Shown here: positions 34,822 through 45,461 of the stretch, piece after piece
Layout: each line of letters opens with the position of its first letter
Position numbering within the stretch: the first letter of the stretch is position 1
NCBI GenBank assembly: GCA_902555065.1
Contig: CACDQQ010000003.1
Location: 130,467-194,466, forward strand
DNA: 64,000 nucleotides
Origin: an uncultured Pelagibacteraceae bacterium
GTDB taxonomy: Bacteria; Pseudomonadota; Alphaproteobacteria; Pelagibacterales; Pelagibacteraceae
Reading direction: 5' to 3'
Made by a program: the position numbers and the translations under genes
The notes under the pieces: generated by a model
Databases searched by the model: none
What the model was told of the DNA's origin: nothing
Seen by the model: only the letters and a program-made list of their open reading frames with translations

Positions 34822-37800
34822 TGAAACTAAGAAATAAAAATTTAAAAATTTTAAAAAGTAATCATGTTTACTCGGAAGAAATGGAACATGATGCATGTGG
34901 TGTAGGCTTAGTAGCATCTACCGAAGGTCTAAAATCAAGAAAAGTCGTAGAATATGGAATCGATGCCTTAAAAGCTGTTTGGCATAGGGGTGCAATCGAT
35001 GCAGACGGAAAAACAGGAGATGGTGCTGGAATTCATATTGAAATTCCTAAAGATTTCTTTGAGGAAAAAATTGAAGTCACTGGTCATAAACATGATAATT
35101 CTGAACTATGCGTGGGTATGATTTTCTTACCAAGAAATGATTATAGCGCTCAAGAGCAATGTAGAACTATTGTTGAAAGTGAACTAACAAAGAGAAATTT
35201 TACTATCTATGGCTGGAGACAAGTTCCTGTTGATCCCTCTGTCTTAGGAGAAAAAGCTGAACAAACAAGACCTGAAATTACTCAAGTATTGTTCACATAC
35301 AATGACAAAAAAGTTGTCAATAAATCTCTGGAACAAAAATTGTATGAAACTAGAAGAGTAATTGAAAAAGAAGCTCTCAATAATCAATTAAATAATTTTT
35401 ATATATGTTCATTTAGTTCTAAATCTATCATTTATAAAGGAATGTTTTTAGCAGAAGCTTTGTCAGATTTTTATACTGACTTAAAAGATGAAAGATTTAT
35501 ATCTAGGTATGCAATATTTCACCAAAGATTTTCAACAAATACTGCGCCAAGTTGGGACTTAGCTCAACCGTTTAGATCTATAGCGCATAATGGTGAAATA
35601 AATACCCTTAAAGGAAATGTTAATTGGATGAAGGTTCACGAAGAAGAGATGTTTAGTCCAGTTTTCGAAGATATAGAGAATCTTAAGCCTGTAATACCGG
35701 CTGGAAATTCTGACTCTGCATCATTAGATAATGTTTTTGAGTTATTAAATATTTCTGGACAGCCTGCTCCTCTAGCAAAATTAATGTTAATACCAGACGC
35801 TTGGTCAAAAAAAAATAAGGTATTAAAAAAAGATCATCAACAACTATTCAATTTTTTAAATAGTACCATGGAGCCTTGGGATGGGCCAGCTGCTATAGCT
35901 GCAACAGATAATGAATGGGTGATTGTTGCAACTGACAGAAATGGATTAAGACCACTTAGATATACAGTGACAAGAGACAAACTTCTTTTTGCAGGAAGTG
36001 AAACAGGAATGATAGATTTAAATGAGAAAAAAATTGTATCTAAAGGAAGATTAGGACCTGGAGAAATATTAGGAGTAAGAATAGAAAAAGGCAAAGTATA
36101 TTCAAACGATGAAATAAAAAACTACCTTTCAAAAGAATATAAGCATTACAACAATCAGATTATTGATCTTGATAAAAAATTAGAGGCAGAAACTGAAAAA
36201 GTAGAGTTAGAAGGCCAAAGTTTGAGTAATTTTCAACATTGTTTTGGATATAGCATAGAAGATTTAGAATTAATTCTTCATCCAATGGCAGAAGATGCTA
36301 AAGAAGCAACAGGCTCAATGGGTGATGACACGCCTTTAGCAGTTTTATCTGACAAATATAGACCACTATATCATTACTTTAGACAAAACTTTAGTCAGGT
36401 TACAAATCCACCAATTGACTCTCTTAGAGAAAATAAAGTTATGAGTTTAAAGACAAGATTTGGAAACCTTGGTAATATTTTAGATTTTAGTAAATTAACT
36501 AAAGACAATATTTATGTCTTAAATAGTCCGATATTATCAAATGCACAATTTGAAAAATTTTTGAAATTCTTTGGAAATAATAATAAAGTTTTAGATTGTA
36601 CATTCAGCAAGGATGATGATTTAGAGACATCAATAAATTTACTCAAAGTTAAATCTGAACAAGCTGTTAGAGAAGGAATTAAACAGATAATATTATCAGA
36701 TAAAAATATTTCAGAAAATAGAATGCCAATACCGATGCTTTTATGTATAGGGGCAATAAATACGCACTTAGTTAAATTAGGTTTAAGAGGTTATGTTTCT
36801 ATTAATGTTCAAACTGGAGATGCTTTAGATACTCACTCTTTTGCAACATTAATTGGTGTTGGTGCTACTACAGTGAACCCTTATTTAGCTTTTGATAGCT
36901 TACATCAAAGACATTCTAAGAAATTATTTGGAAATTTCACTTTTGATGAATGTGTTTCAAGATACATTAAATCAGTCAATCTCGGTCTTCTTAAAATAAT
37001 GTCTAAAATGGGAATTTCTGTTTTAAGTTCTTACAGAGGTGGATGTAATTTTGAAACTGTGGGACTAAGCAGAACAATTGTGAAAGATTACTTTCCTGGA
37101 ATGTTATCAAAGATTTCTGGAATTGGTTTAAAAGGAATAGAAAAGAAAATTAGAACTATACACGAAGAAGCATTTTTCAATAATTCAAATATTTTACCAA
37201 TTGGAGGTATTTACAGATATAGAAAAAATGGTGAAACACATCAGTATCAAGGCAAACTAATTCATTTACTGCAAACTGCGGTTGGACAAGGATCTTATGA
37301 AATATATAAAAAATACACAAAAGGTATTTACAATCTAAATCCAATAAGTTTAAGAGATTTAGTAGATTTTAAATCTAAAAATCCTATCGATATATCTAAT
37401 GTTGAGCCTGCATCTAATATATTAAAAAGATTTGGAAGCGGAAGTATGTCTCATGGAGCTTTATCTAAAGAAGCACATGAAACTCTTGCTGTTGGTATGA
37501 ACAGAATCAAAGGCGCATCTTGTAGTGGTGAAGGTGGAGAAGATGAAAAAAGATTTAAGATTATGGAGAATGGAGATAGTGCAAATTCAAGGGTTAAACA
37601 AATTGCATCAGCTAGATTTGGAGTAACAATTAATTACTTAAATAATTGTAATGAGATTGAAATCAAAATTGCACAGGGCGCTAAACCAGGTGAAGGTGGA
37701 CAATTACCAGGTTTTAAAGTTACAGATGAAATTGCGAGATTGAGACACTCAACGCCAGGAGTTACTTTAATATCACCTCCACCACATCATGATATTTACT

Positions 37801-39317
37801 CAATAGAAGATCTGGCTCAATTAATTTATGATTTAAAACAAATAAATCCTAAGGCTAGGGTTGGAGTTAAATTAGTTGCTTCATCAGGAATTGGAACGAT
37901 AGCTGCTGGAGTTGCAAAAGCTAAAGCAGACATAATTTTAATTTCAGGGCACTCAGGAGGTACAGGAGCCACTCCACAGACAAGCGTTAAATATGTTGGA
38001 GTTCCTTGGGAGATGGGATTAACAGAAGCAAATCAGGTATTGACTTTAAATAACTTGAGACATCAAGTGACGCTTAGAACTGACGGTGGAATAAAAACAG
38101 GAAGAGATGTTGTAATTGCAGCCATGATGGGAGCAGAAGAATTTGGCGTAGCAACAACTGCTTTAGTCGCAATGGGATGTATAATGGTCAGACAATGTCA
38201 TTCAAATACATGTCCAGTGGGTGTTTGCACACAAGATGATAAATTAAGAGAGAAATTTACAGGAACTCCTGAAAAAGTAGTAAACCTTTTTACATTTATA
38301 GCAGAGGAAGTAAGAGAAATACTTGCTGATCTTGGTTTCAAATCTTTAAATGAAGTAATTGGAAGAACTGACTTACTAAGGCAAGTAAGCAAAGGATCAC
38401 CAAACTTGGATGATCTTGACTTAAATCCTCTTTTTGTTCAAGCAGATCCTGGAAAAAATAAAAGATATTGTGAGAAACCTGAAATTAATTCTGTTCCAGA
38501 TACTTTAGATCAAAAATTATGGCCAGAAATAGAAGACAAAATAGATAAAAAAGAAAAAATAAATCAAGAATTTGAAATTCAAAATACTGATAGAGCAGTT
38601 GGTACTAGAATTTCTTATCATTTGTACAAAAAATTTGGAAATAACAATCTTAATGAAAATTCGATCGAATTAAATTTTAAAGGTTCAGCCGGCCAATCCT
38701 TTGGTGCTTTTGCTATTAAAGGATTAAAACTAATTTTAAAAGGGGATGCAAATGATTATGTTGCCAAAGGATTATCAGGTGGAACTATTGTGATTAAATT
38801 ACAAGATGAAAGCAATCTTGTTTCAAATGAAAATACTATTATTGGAAATACTGTTTTGTATGGAGCTACTTCAGGAAAATTATTAGCGGCAGGACAAGCA
38901 GGAGAGAGATTTGCTGTTAGAAATTCAGGTGCAACTGCAGTAGTAGAAGGTTGTGATTCAAATGGTTGTGAATACATGACAGGTGGAAACATTATTATAT
39001 TAGGAGATATTGGTGATAATTTTGGAGCTGGAATGACAGGAGGTATGGCATTTATTTATGACCCTGAAAATCAATTTGAAAAAAAAGTAAATCCTGAAAG
39101 TGTAGTTTGGCAAACTCCAGAAACTAAATTTTGGATTGAACACCTAAGGAAATTGATTCAAGAGCATGCGATAGAAACAAATTCAACAATCTCGAAAAAA
39201 ATTGTTGAGAATTTTGAAAATGAAATAAATAATTTCGTCCAAGTTTGTCCAAAAGAAATGTTAGATAAGTTAGAAAATCCTATATCAAACAAAAAATTAG
39301 TCGGTCAAGCTAGTTAG
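34821..39317 (+). CDS. gltB: Glutamate synthase large subunit
   Basis: HDACGVG N-terminal nucleophile, HQRFSTNT, AQGAKPGEGGQLPG, CIMVRQCHSNTCPVG. Confidence 0.98.
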   Translation: MKLRNKNLKILKSNHVYSEEMEHDACGVGLVASTEGLKSRKVVEYGIDALKAVWHRGAIDADGKTGDGAGIHIEIPKDFFEEKIEVTGHKHDNSELCVGMIFLPRNDYSAQEQCRTIVESELTKRNFTIYGWRQVPVDPSVLGEKAEQTRPEITQVLFTYNDKKVVNKSLEQKLYETRRVIEKEALNNQLNNFYICSFSSKSIIYKGMFLAEALSDFYTDLKDERFISRYAIFHQRFSTNTAPSWDLAQPFRSIAHNGEINTLKGNVNWMKVHEEEMFSPVFEDIENLKPVIPAGNSDSASLDNVFELLNISGQPAPLAKLMLIPDAWSKKNKVLKKDHQQLFNFLNSTMEPWDGPAAIAATDNEWVIVATDRNGLRPLRYTVTRDKLLFAGSETGMIDLNEKKIVSKGRLGPGEILGVRIEKGKVYSNDEIKNYLSKEYKHYNNQIIDLDKKLEAETEKVELEGQSLSNFQHCFGYSIEDLELILHPMAEDAKEATGSMGDDTPLAVLSDKYRPLYHYFRQNFSQVTNPPIDSLRENKVMSLKTRFGNLGNILDFSKLTKDNIYVLNSPILSNAQFEKFLKFFGNNNKVLDCTFSKDDDLETSINLLKVKSEQAVREGIKQIILSDKNISENRMPIPMLLCIGAINTHLVKLGLRGYVSINVQTGDALDTHSFATLIGVGATTVNPYLAFDSLHQRHSKKLFGNFTFDECVSRYIKSVNLGLLKIMSKMGISVLSSYRGGCNFETVGLSRTIVKDYFPGMLSKISGIGLKGIEKKIRTIHEEAFFNNSNILPIGGIYRYRKNGETHQYQGKLIHLLQTAVGQGSYEIYKKYTKGIYNLNPISLRDLVDFKSKNPIDISNVEPASNILKRFGSGSMSHGALSKEAHETLAVGMNRIKGASCSGEGGEDEKRFKIMENGDSANSRVKQIASARFGVTINYLNNCNEIEIKIAQGAKPGEGGQLPGFKVTDEIARLRHSTPGVTLISPPPHHDIYSIEDLAQLIYDLKQINPKARVGVKLVASSGIGTIAAGVAKAKADIILISGHSGGTGATPQTSVKYVGVPWEMGLTEANQVLTLNNLRHQVTLRTDGGIKTGRDVVIAAMMGAEEFGVATTALVAMGCIMVRQCHSNTCPVGVCTQDDKLREKFTGTPEKVVNLFTFIAEEVREILADLGFKSLNEVIGRTDLLRQVSKGSPNLDDLDLNPLFVQADPGKNKRYCEKPEINSVPDTLDQKLWPEIEDKIDKKEKINQEFEIQNTDRAVGTRISYHLYKKFGNNNLNENSIELNFKGSAGQSFGAFAIKGLKLILKGDANDYVAKGLSGGTIVIKLQDESNLVSNENTIIGNTVLYGATSGKLLAAGQAGERFAVRNSGATAVVEGCDSNGCEYMTGGNIIILGDIGDNFGAGMTGGMAFIYDPENQFEKKVNPESVVWQTPETKFWIEHLRKLIQEHAIETNSTISKKIVENFENEINNFVQVCPKEMLDKLENPISNKKLVGQAS

Positions 39318-40071
39318 TATTTTTAATAATATTATCTAACTCCTTACAAATAATATTTAGATTTTTTTTTGACGAGAGACTATGGTCACCCTTCTTAATT
39401 ATATTTAATTTTTTTTTTGCTTTGCTGAAGATTTTTAAAACTTCTCTTGAGTATTTAATTGGTACAACTTCATCTTTTTGACCATGGACCATAGCAACAG
39501 GTATTTTCATTGGAATTTTAACATTCAAAACTTTATTTTGTTTTTTTCTTCCATCTTTAATTAATTGATTAGTTATAAGATACTCATACCCACCATTTTT
39601 AATTTTGCTAATACCTTTTTTGATAATTTCACTTTTTGTCTTTTTTGAAAATTTTTTCCACATTATTCTTGTTAAAAATTCTGGAGCAGAGCCAATTCCC
39701 ATAAAGCCTTTAATCTGTTTCTTAATTGATTTAAATAATAATAAAGAAATCCAAGCACCCATACTAGAACCTATTAAAATTATATCATTTTTTTTAACTA
39801 TATTCTTAATAGTCTGTTTTGCATCATTTGCCCAAGTGGAAATATTTCCTTTTGTAAATTCACCTGAAGATTTTCCGTATCCAGAATATTCTAGTGCCAA
39901 AAAACCCAATTTATTTTTTTTAGCATAGTTTAAAAATCTTTTAGGTTTATCTCCTTCTATATCGGATGCAAAACCTGGTAAAAATATAATATAAAGATTT
40001 TTCTTATAATAATTGCTTATATATCTTAGTTTTTTTGTTTTAGAAATTTTTAGAAATTTAAATTTTTTCAT
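39310..40071 (-). CDS. Alpha/beta hydrolase
   Basis: GYGKSSG, GSSMG, HGQKDEVVP, GDHSLS. Confidence 0.88.
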   Translation of the reverse strand: MKKFKFLKISKTKKLRYISNYYKKNLYIIFLPGFASDIEGDKPKRFLNYAKKNKLGFLALEYSGYGKSSGEFTKGNISTWANDAKQTIKNIVKKNDIILIGSSMGAWISLLLFKSIKKQIKGFMGIGSAPEFLTRIMWKKFSKKTKSEIIKKGISKIKNGGYEYLITNQLIKDGRKKQNKVLNVKIPMKIPVAMVHGQKDEVVPIKYSREVLKIFSKAKKKLNIIKKGDHSLSSKKNLNIICKELDNIIKNTN

Positions 40072-40113
40072 ATAAAGTACTAAAATTGATTTAAAATATT
40101 ATAACTCTATCAT

Positions 40114-41268
40114 ATGCATCCAAAATTGAAAGTTCTGCAAGTTATACCAAAACTTGGATACGGTGGTGCAGAAACAGGTTGCTATGATATTGCACACTAT
40201 CTAAATGAAAATGATTGTAAATCTTTTTTAATTTGCAACGGTGGTGAATTAACAAAGTTTATAGATAAAAAAAAAGTTAAATATATAAGATTACCCGTTA
40301 ATTCCAAAAACCCCATTTTGGTTTTTTTTAATTCAATAATTATTTCTTTAATAATTTTATTTTATGGAATTAATATTGTCCACGCTAGAAGTAGAGCACC
40401 TGCATGGTCTTGTTTGCTAGCTACCAAAATCACACGACGCAAATTTGTAACTACATTTCATGGAACATATAATTTCAAAAGTAAATTAAAAAAATTATAT
40501 AATTCTGTAATGTTGAGATCAGATTTAATTATTGCTGGGTCTAATTTTATATTTTCGCATATTAAAGAAAACTATTCCGAATACCTTAATGATAAAAAAA
40601 AATTCTTGGTGATATTTAGAGGCATTAATACTGATTATTTTGATCCATCAACTACTATAGAAACAGAGGAGGATGAATTATTTAAATCATGGGGACTAAA
40701 AATTGAGAGAAAAACTGTTCTATTACCTGGAAGACTAACAGAATGGAAAGGCCAAGAAATGTTTTTAGATGCTATTAATAAAGTAAATATTAATTTAGGA
40801 CACGAGGTATTTAATGTAATTATTCTTGGGAGCGATCAAGGAAGAGAACTTTACAAAAAGAAACTTATTAGGTTAGTTGAACAGTATAGATTAACTAACC
40901 AAGTAAAATTTATAGATCATTGTAAAAATATGCCTCTAGCTTACAAAGTTTCAGACATCATAGTTTCTTCATCTATAGAACCAGAAGCCTTTGGAAGAAT
41001 ATCTGTTGAGGCTCAGGCAATGAAAAAACCAATTGTTGCAAGTAATATTGGGGGATCAAAAGAGACTATAAATGAAAATAAAACAGGATTTTTATTTGAA
41101 GCAAATAACTCTGACGATCTTTCAAAAAAATTAATAGAAATTATGAATTTAGATGAACAGACTATCAATCAAATGGGCACAGAAGGTAGAAAAAATGTCG
41201 TTTCAAAATTTAATGTTGAAAAAATGTGTTTTTCTACTTATTCAGAGTATAAAAAATTAATAAACTAA
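40114..41268 (+). CDS. Glycosyltransferase family 4
   Basis: GGAE, HARSRAPAWS, PGRLTEWKGQ, EAFGRISVEAQA. Confidence 0.92.
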   Translation: MHPKLKVLQVIPKLGYGGAETGCYDIAHYLNENDCKSFLICNGGELTKFIDKKKVKYIRLPVNSKNPILVFFNSIIISLIILFYGINIVHARSRAPAWSCLLATKITRRKFVTTFHGTYNFKSKLKKLYNSVMLRSDLIIAGSNFIFSHIKENYSEYLNDKKKFLVIFRGINTDYFDPSTTIETEEDELFKSWGLKIERKTVLLPGRLTEWKGQEMFLDAINKVNINLGHEVFNVIILGSDQGRELYKKKLIRLVEQYRLTNQVKFIDHCKNMPLAYKVSDIIVSSSIEPEAFGRISVEAQAMKKPIVASNIGGSKETINENKTGFLFEANNSDDLSKKLIEIMNLDEQTINQMGTEGRKNVVSKFNVEKMCFSTYSEYKKLIN

Positions 41269-43187
41269 TGCCAAATATTACATTACCTGATGGAAAAAAA
41301 TTAAACTTTGAAAAAAGCATAACAGGTACTGAGGTTGCTGAAAAAATTAGCAAGTCCTTAGGTAAGCAAGCTTTGGTGATGAGCATAAACGGTGAGCTTA
41401 AAGATTTATTTACTGTTATTGATCAAGATTGTTCTATTGAAATATTCACTGCTAAAGATCCTGAGGGTTTAGAAGTCATTAGACATGACACTGCACATAT
41501 AATGGCTATGGCCGTTCAAGAACTATACCCAGGCACACAGGTAACAATTGGGCCAGTTATAGAAAATGGATTTTACTATGATTTTGCAAGAAAAGAGCCT
41601 TTTACTAGCGATGATTTAAAAAAGATCGAAAAAAAAATGTCAGAGATAATAGACAAAGATGTAAAAACAAGAAAAGAAGTTTGGGGGAGAGATAAAGCGA
41701 TAAGTCATTTTAAAAAAATTGGAGAAAAATACAAAGCTGAGATAATTGAGAGCATTCCTAAAAACGAAGAACTTACGGTTTATCATCATGGCGAAACATG
41801 GCATGATTTATGTAGAGGTCCACATTTAGTATCTTCTGGTAAAATAGGTAAGGCTTTTAAACTTACAAAAGTATCTGGAGCTTATTGGCGTGGTGACTCT
41901 AATAATGAAATGCTTCAAAGAATATATGGTACTGGTTGGGCAACTCAAAAAGAATTAGACCTTTATCTTCAGAGAATTGAGGAAGCAGAAAAAAGAGATC
42001 ATAGAAAAATTGGAAAAGAAATGGATTTATTTCATTTTAGAGAAGAAAGTCCTGGATCTGTGTTTTGGCATCAGAAAGGATGGAATTTGTTCCAAAAATT
42101 AGTTTCATATATGAGAATGAAACAAGATCACGATGGTTACAAAGAGATAAATACGCCAGAAATACTTGATAGATCTTTGTGGGAAAAATCTGGCCACTGG
42201 GAAAAATTTGGAGCTAATATGTATACTTCAACTACACCAGATGAAAAAGTATTTGCAATTAAACCCATGAATTGTCCTGGGTGTGTTCAAGTATTTAATC
42301 AAGGACTTAAAAGTTATAGAGATTTACCTTTAAAGATGTCAGAATTTGGAAAAGTTCATAGATATGAACCTTCAGGTGCATTGCATGGATTATTACGTGT
42401 AAGAGCCTTTACTCAAGATGATGCACATATTTTTTGTACAGAAGAACAAATTACCGAAGAATGTTTGAGTATTACAAATTTAATTTTAGAAATTTATAAA
42501 GATCTTGGTTTTGAAGATGTTATTTTAAAATACTCAGATAGACCAGATTTAAGAGTTGGTGACGATAAAGTTTGGGATAAATCAGAGGCTGCGTTGTTAG
42601 AGGCAATCAAAGCGACAAAGCTAGAGTACTCAATTAATAAAGGTGAGGGTGCATTTTATGGACCAAAAATTGAATTTGTTTTAAGAGATGCAATAGGTAG
42701 AGATTGGCAGTGTGGAACCTTGCAAGTAGATTTAAATTTACCAGGTAGATTAGGAGCTTCTTTTGTTGATAAAGATGGAACTAAAAAAGTACCTGTAATG
42801 TTGCACAGAGCATTATTTGGATCTTTAGAAAGGTTCATAGGTATCCTTATAGAGAATTATGCAGGCAAGCTGCCATTTTGGATATCACCTTTACAGGCAG
42901 TAGTAATTCCAATCTCTAGTGATTTTGATGAATATGCTAAAAGTGTAGCTAAGGAATTAAAACGGAGTGGTTTGATCGTCGAGGTGGATCTTAAAAATCA
43001 CAATTTAAATTATAAAATAAGAGATCATTCTTTAACAAAAGTACCAATGTTATTGATTTGTGGAAAAAAAGAAGTTGACTCCAACAGTGTAACTATTAGA
43101 AGATTGGATTCAAATAAACAAGAAAATATGGCTTTGAAAGAATTTATAAAAAAATACTCTGATCTGAATAAAGCCCCTTCAATCTAA
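41268..43187 (+). CDS. thrS: Threonine-tRNA ligase
   Basis: TGS domain, DLCRGPH, KPMNCP, RVRAFTQDDAH, HRALFGSLERF. Confidence 0.98.
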   Translation: MPNITLPDGKKLNFEKSITGTEVAEKISKSLGKQALVMSINGELKDLFTVIDQDCSIEIFTAKDPEGLEVIRHDTAHIMAMAVQELYPGTQVTIGPVIENGFYYDFARKEPFTSDDLKKIEKKMSEIIDKDVKTRKEVWGRDKAISHFKKIGEKYKAEIIESIPKNEELTVYHHGETWHDLCRGPHLVSSGKIGKAFKLTKVSGAYWRGDSNNEMLQRIYGTGWATQKELDLYLQRIEEAEKRDHRKIGKEMDLFHFREESPGSVFWHQKGWNLFQKLVSYMRMKQDHDGYKEINTPEILDRSLWEKSGHWEKFGANMYTSTTPDEKVFAIKPMNCPGCVQVFNQGLKSYRDLPLKMSEFGKVHRYEPSGALHGLLRVRAFTQDDAHIFCTEEQITEECLSITNLILEIYKDLGFEDVILKYSDRPDLRVGDDKVWDKSEAALLEAIKATKLEYSINKGEGAFYGPKIEFVLRDAIGRDWQCGTLQVDLNLPGRLGASFVDKDGTKKVPVMLHRALFGSLERFIGILIENYAGKLPFWISPLQAVVIPISSDFDEYAKSVAKELKRSGLIVEVDLKNHNLNYKIRDHSLTKVPMLLICGKKEVDSNSVTIRRLDSNKQENMALKEFIKKYSDLNKAPSI

Positions 43188-43733
43188 GTGGCAGATTTTA
43201 AACAAAATTATTTTCAAAAAAGAACTAAAGCAAGAGGCCCAAGGTCTAACAACAGGATTACATCAAATGAAGTTCAAGTTATCGCAAGTGATGGAGAAAA
43301 TTTAGGAATTTTAAATTTAAATGAAGCTATCAATAAAGCAAAAAATGAAGGTTTAGATTTAATTGAAATTGCTCCAAATGCAAAACCGCCTGTCTGTAAA
43401 ATTATGGACATGGGTAAATATAAATACGACGCACAAAAAAAAGCTAACAAGGCAAAAAAAAAACAAAAGAAAATTGAATTAAAAGAAATAAAATTAAGAC
43501 CAGTTACAGAAGTTCATGACTACACTTTCAAAATTAAAAATGCTCAGAAATTTTTGGCAAAAGGCGATAAAGTCAAATTTACAATAAGGTTTAAAGGGAG
43601 AGAATTACAACATTCAAACCTTGGCAATGAATTAATGGATAAAATTAAGGCAGACATGGAGACTATTGGAAGAGTAGAGCTTCAGCCAAAATTTGATGGA
43701 AAGCAAATGATTATGGTAATCCAGCCTTTATGA
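43188..43733 (+). CDS. infC: Translation initiation factor IF-3
   Basis: LDLIEIAP..PPVCKIMD, KEIKLRP, GDKVK..RFKGRE; apparent GTG start directly after the thrS stop. Confidence 0.95.
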   Translation: MADFKQNYFQKRTKARGPRSNNRITSNEVQVIASDGENLGILNLNEAINKAKNEGLDLIEIAPNAKPPVCKIMDMGKYKYDAQKKANKAKKKQKKIELKEIKLRPVTEVHDYTFKIKNAQKFLAKGDKVKFTIRFKGRELQHSNLGNELMDKIKADMETIGRVELQPKFDGKQMIMVIQPL

Positions 43734-43746
43734 GCCATATTTCTAG

Positions 43747-43775
43747 TTGTAAATTTAATTTAATATTTGTATAAC
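43747..43775 (+). promoter_or_regulatory. Putative sigma70 promoter of rpmI-rplT
   Basis: TTGTAA, 17 bp, TATAAC, then CCCG; ATG 10 nt later with no SD. Confidence 0.55.
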
Positions 43776-43785
43776 CCCGAAAATT

Positions 43786-43992
43786 ATGCCCAAGTTAAAA
43801 ACAAAAAGTTCAGCTAAAAAAAGATTTAAAATTTCAGCTAAAGGTAAGGTTATTACCCCACAGGCTGGAAAAAGACATGGCATGATTAAAAGAACGAATT
43901 CACAAATCAGAAAACAAAGAGGCACAACTGTTTTATCTAAACAAGATGGTAAGATAGTAAAATCTTATATGCCTTACAGCTTAAGAGGATAA
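43786..43992 (+). CDS. rpmI: 50S ribosomal protein L35
   Basis: [24 protein letters not shown]. Confidence 0.97.
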   Translation: MPKLKTKSSAKKRFKISAKGKVITPQAGKRHGMIKRTNSQIRKQRGTTVLSKQDGKIVKSYMPYSLRG

Positions 43993-43993
43993 A

Positions 43994-44350
43994 ATGGCAA
44001 GAGTTAAAAGGGGAGTTACAAGCAGAGCTAAACACAAAAAAGTTTTAAAAGCTGTTAAAGGTCAGTGGGGAAGAAGAAAAAATACTATAAGGGTTGCAAG
44101 ACAAGCAATGGAAAAAGCTATGCAGTATGCTTATAGAGATAGAAGAAATAAAAAAAGAGATTTCAAATCGCTGTGGATTCAAAGAATTAATGCTGGTGTC
44201 AGGTCTGAAGGTATAACATATGCAAAGTTTATTAATGGTTTAAGCAAATCAGGAATTAAATTAGATAGAAAAATTCTTGCAGAAATTGCTTACGATAACC
44301 CCGAAGCATTCAAAACTATAGTTAAAAGGGCTCAAGCAGCATTAAATTAA
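43994..44350 (+). CDS. rplT: 50S ribosomal protein L20
   Basis: [29 protein letters not shown]. Confidence 0.98.
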   Translation: MARVKRGVTSRAKHKKVLKAVKGQWGRRKNTIRVARQAMEKAMQYAYRDRRNKKRDFKSLWIQRINAGVRSEGITYAKFINGLSKSGIKLDRKILAEIAYDNPEAFKTIVKRAQAALN

Positions 44351-44393
44351 TCAAGACTATTGTTTTTCTTCCTTTAACAAATATTCTATTAGA

Positions 44394-45461
44394 ATGTCTG
44401 ATATTAAAAAAATAAAAGATGATTATATCGATAAGCTTAATACAGAAAATAATATTGATAAAGTAAATAACATTAAATCTGAACTATTTGGAAAAAACGG
44501 AATTATATCAAACGAATTTAAAAAATTAGGTTCGATTTCTGTAGAGGAAAGAAAAGAGTTAGCTTCAGATTTAAATAACATTAAAAACGAACTTCAAAAT
44601 AAAATAACAACCAAAATTCAAGAAATAGAGACTAAAGAAATTAATTTAAAGCTCGAGAAAGAAAAAATTGATGTAACTCTTCCAGAGAGAGATATTGAAA
44701 TTGGTAAAATTCACCCAGTCTCTCAGGTGATAGATGAAATTTCGTCTATATTTTCTGAAATTGGATTTAGTGTTGAAGAAGGTCCAGATGTTGAAAATGA
44801 ATATAATAATTTTACAGCATTAAATACACCAGATAATCATCCAGCTAGAGATATGCATGATACTTTTTATCTTGATAATAATAAGGAATTACTTTTGAGA
44901 ACTCACACATCTCCAGTTCAGGTAAGAACTATGTTAAAAGGTAAACCTCCTTTTAAAATTATTGCTCCAGGAAGAACTTACAGATCAGATAGTGATCAAA
45001 CCCATGCTCCGATGTTTCATCAAGTTGAGGGGCTTCATATAGATAAGAATATAAATATGGGACATTTAAAAGGATGTTTAAATTATTTTATTAAGGAGTT
45101 TTTTGAAGTTGATAAAATTAAAATGAGATTTAGACCAAGTCATTTTCCATTTACGGAACCTTCAGCAGAAGTAGATATAGGATATGAAATTAAAAATGGA
45201 AAGATAGTAATTGGTGAAGGTAATAAATGGTTAGAAATTCTAGGCTGTGGAATGGTTCATCCAAATGTTTTAAAAAATGTAAATATTAATCCAAGTAAAT
45301 ATCAAGGATATGCCTTTGGAATTGGCATAGACAGACTTGGAATGTTAAAATATGGAATTAATGATTTAAGAGCCTTTTTTGAGACTGATTATAGATGGTT
45401 AAGTCACTTTGGCTTTGATCCATTGGATGTCCCTTCAAATTATAGAGGACTGAGTAGATGA
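44394..45461 (+). CDS. pheS: Phenylalanine-tRNA ligase alpha subunit
   Basis: [41 protein letters not shown]. Confidence 0.98.
   Translation: MSDIKKIKDDYIDKLNTENNIDKVNNIKSELFGKNGIISNEFKKLGSISVEERKELASDLNNIKNELQNKITTKIQEIETKEINLKLEKEKIDVTLPERDIEIGKIHPVSQVIDEISSIFSEIGFSVEEGPDVENEYNNFTALNTPDNHPARDMHDTFYLDNNKELLLRTHTSPVQVRTMLKGKPPFKIIAPGRTYRSDSDQTHAPMFHQVEGLHIDKNINMGHLKGCLNYFIKEFFEVDKIKMRFRPSHFPFTEPSAEVDIGYEIKNGKIVIGEGNKWLEILGCGMVHPNVLKNVNINPSKYQGYAFGIGIDRLGMLKYGINDLRAFFETDYRWLSHFGFDPLDVPSNYRGLSR

Noticed and set aside
43734-43785. L20 leader, thrS operator or pheS attenuator
   Set aside because: The spacers are only 52, 0 and 43 bp and show no suitable structure or leader peptide.
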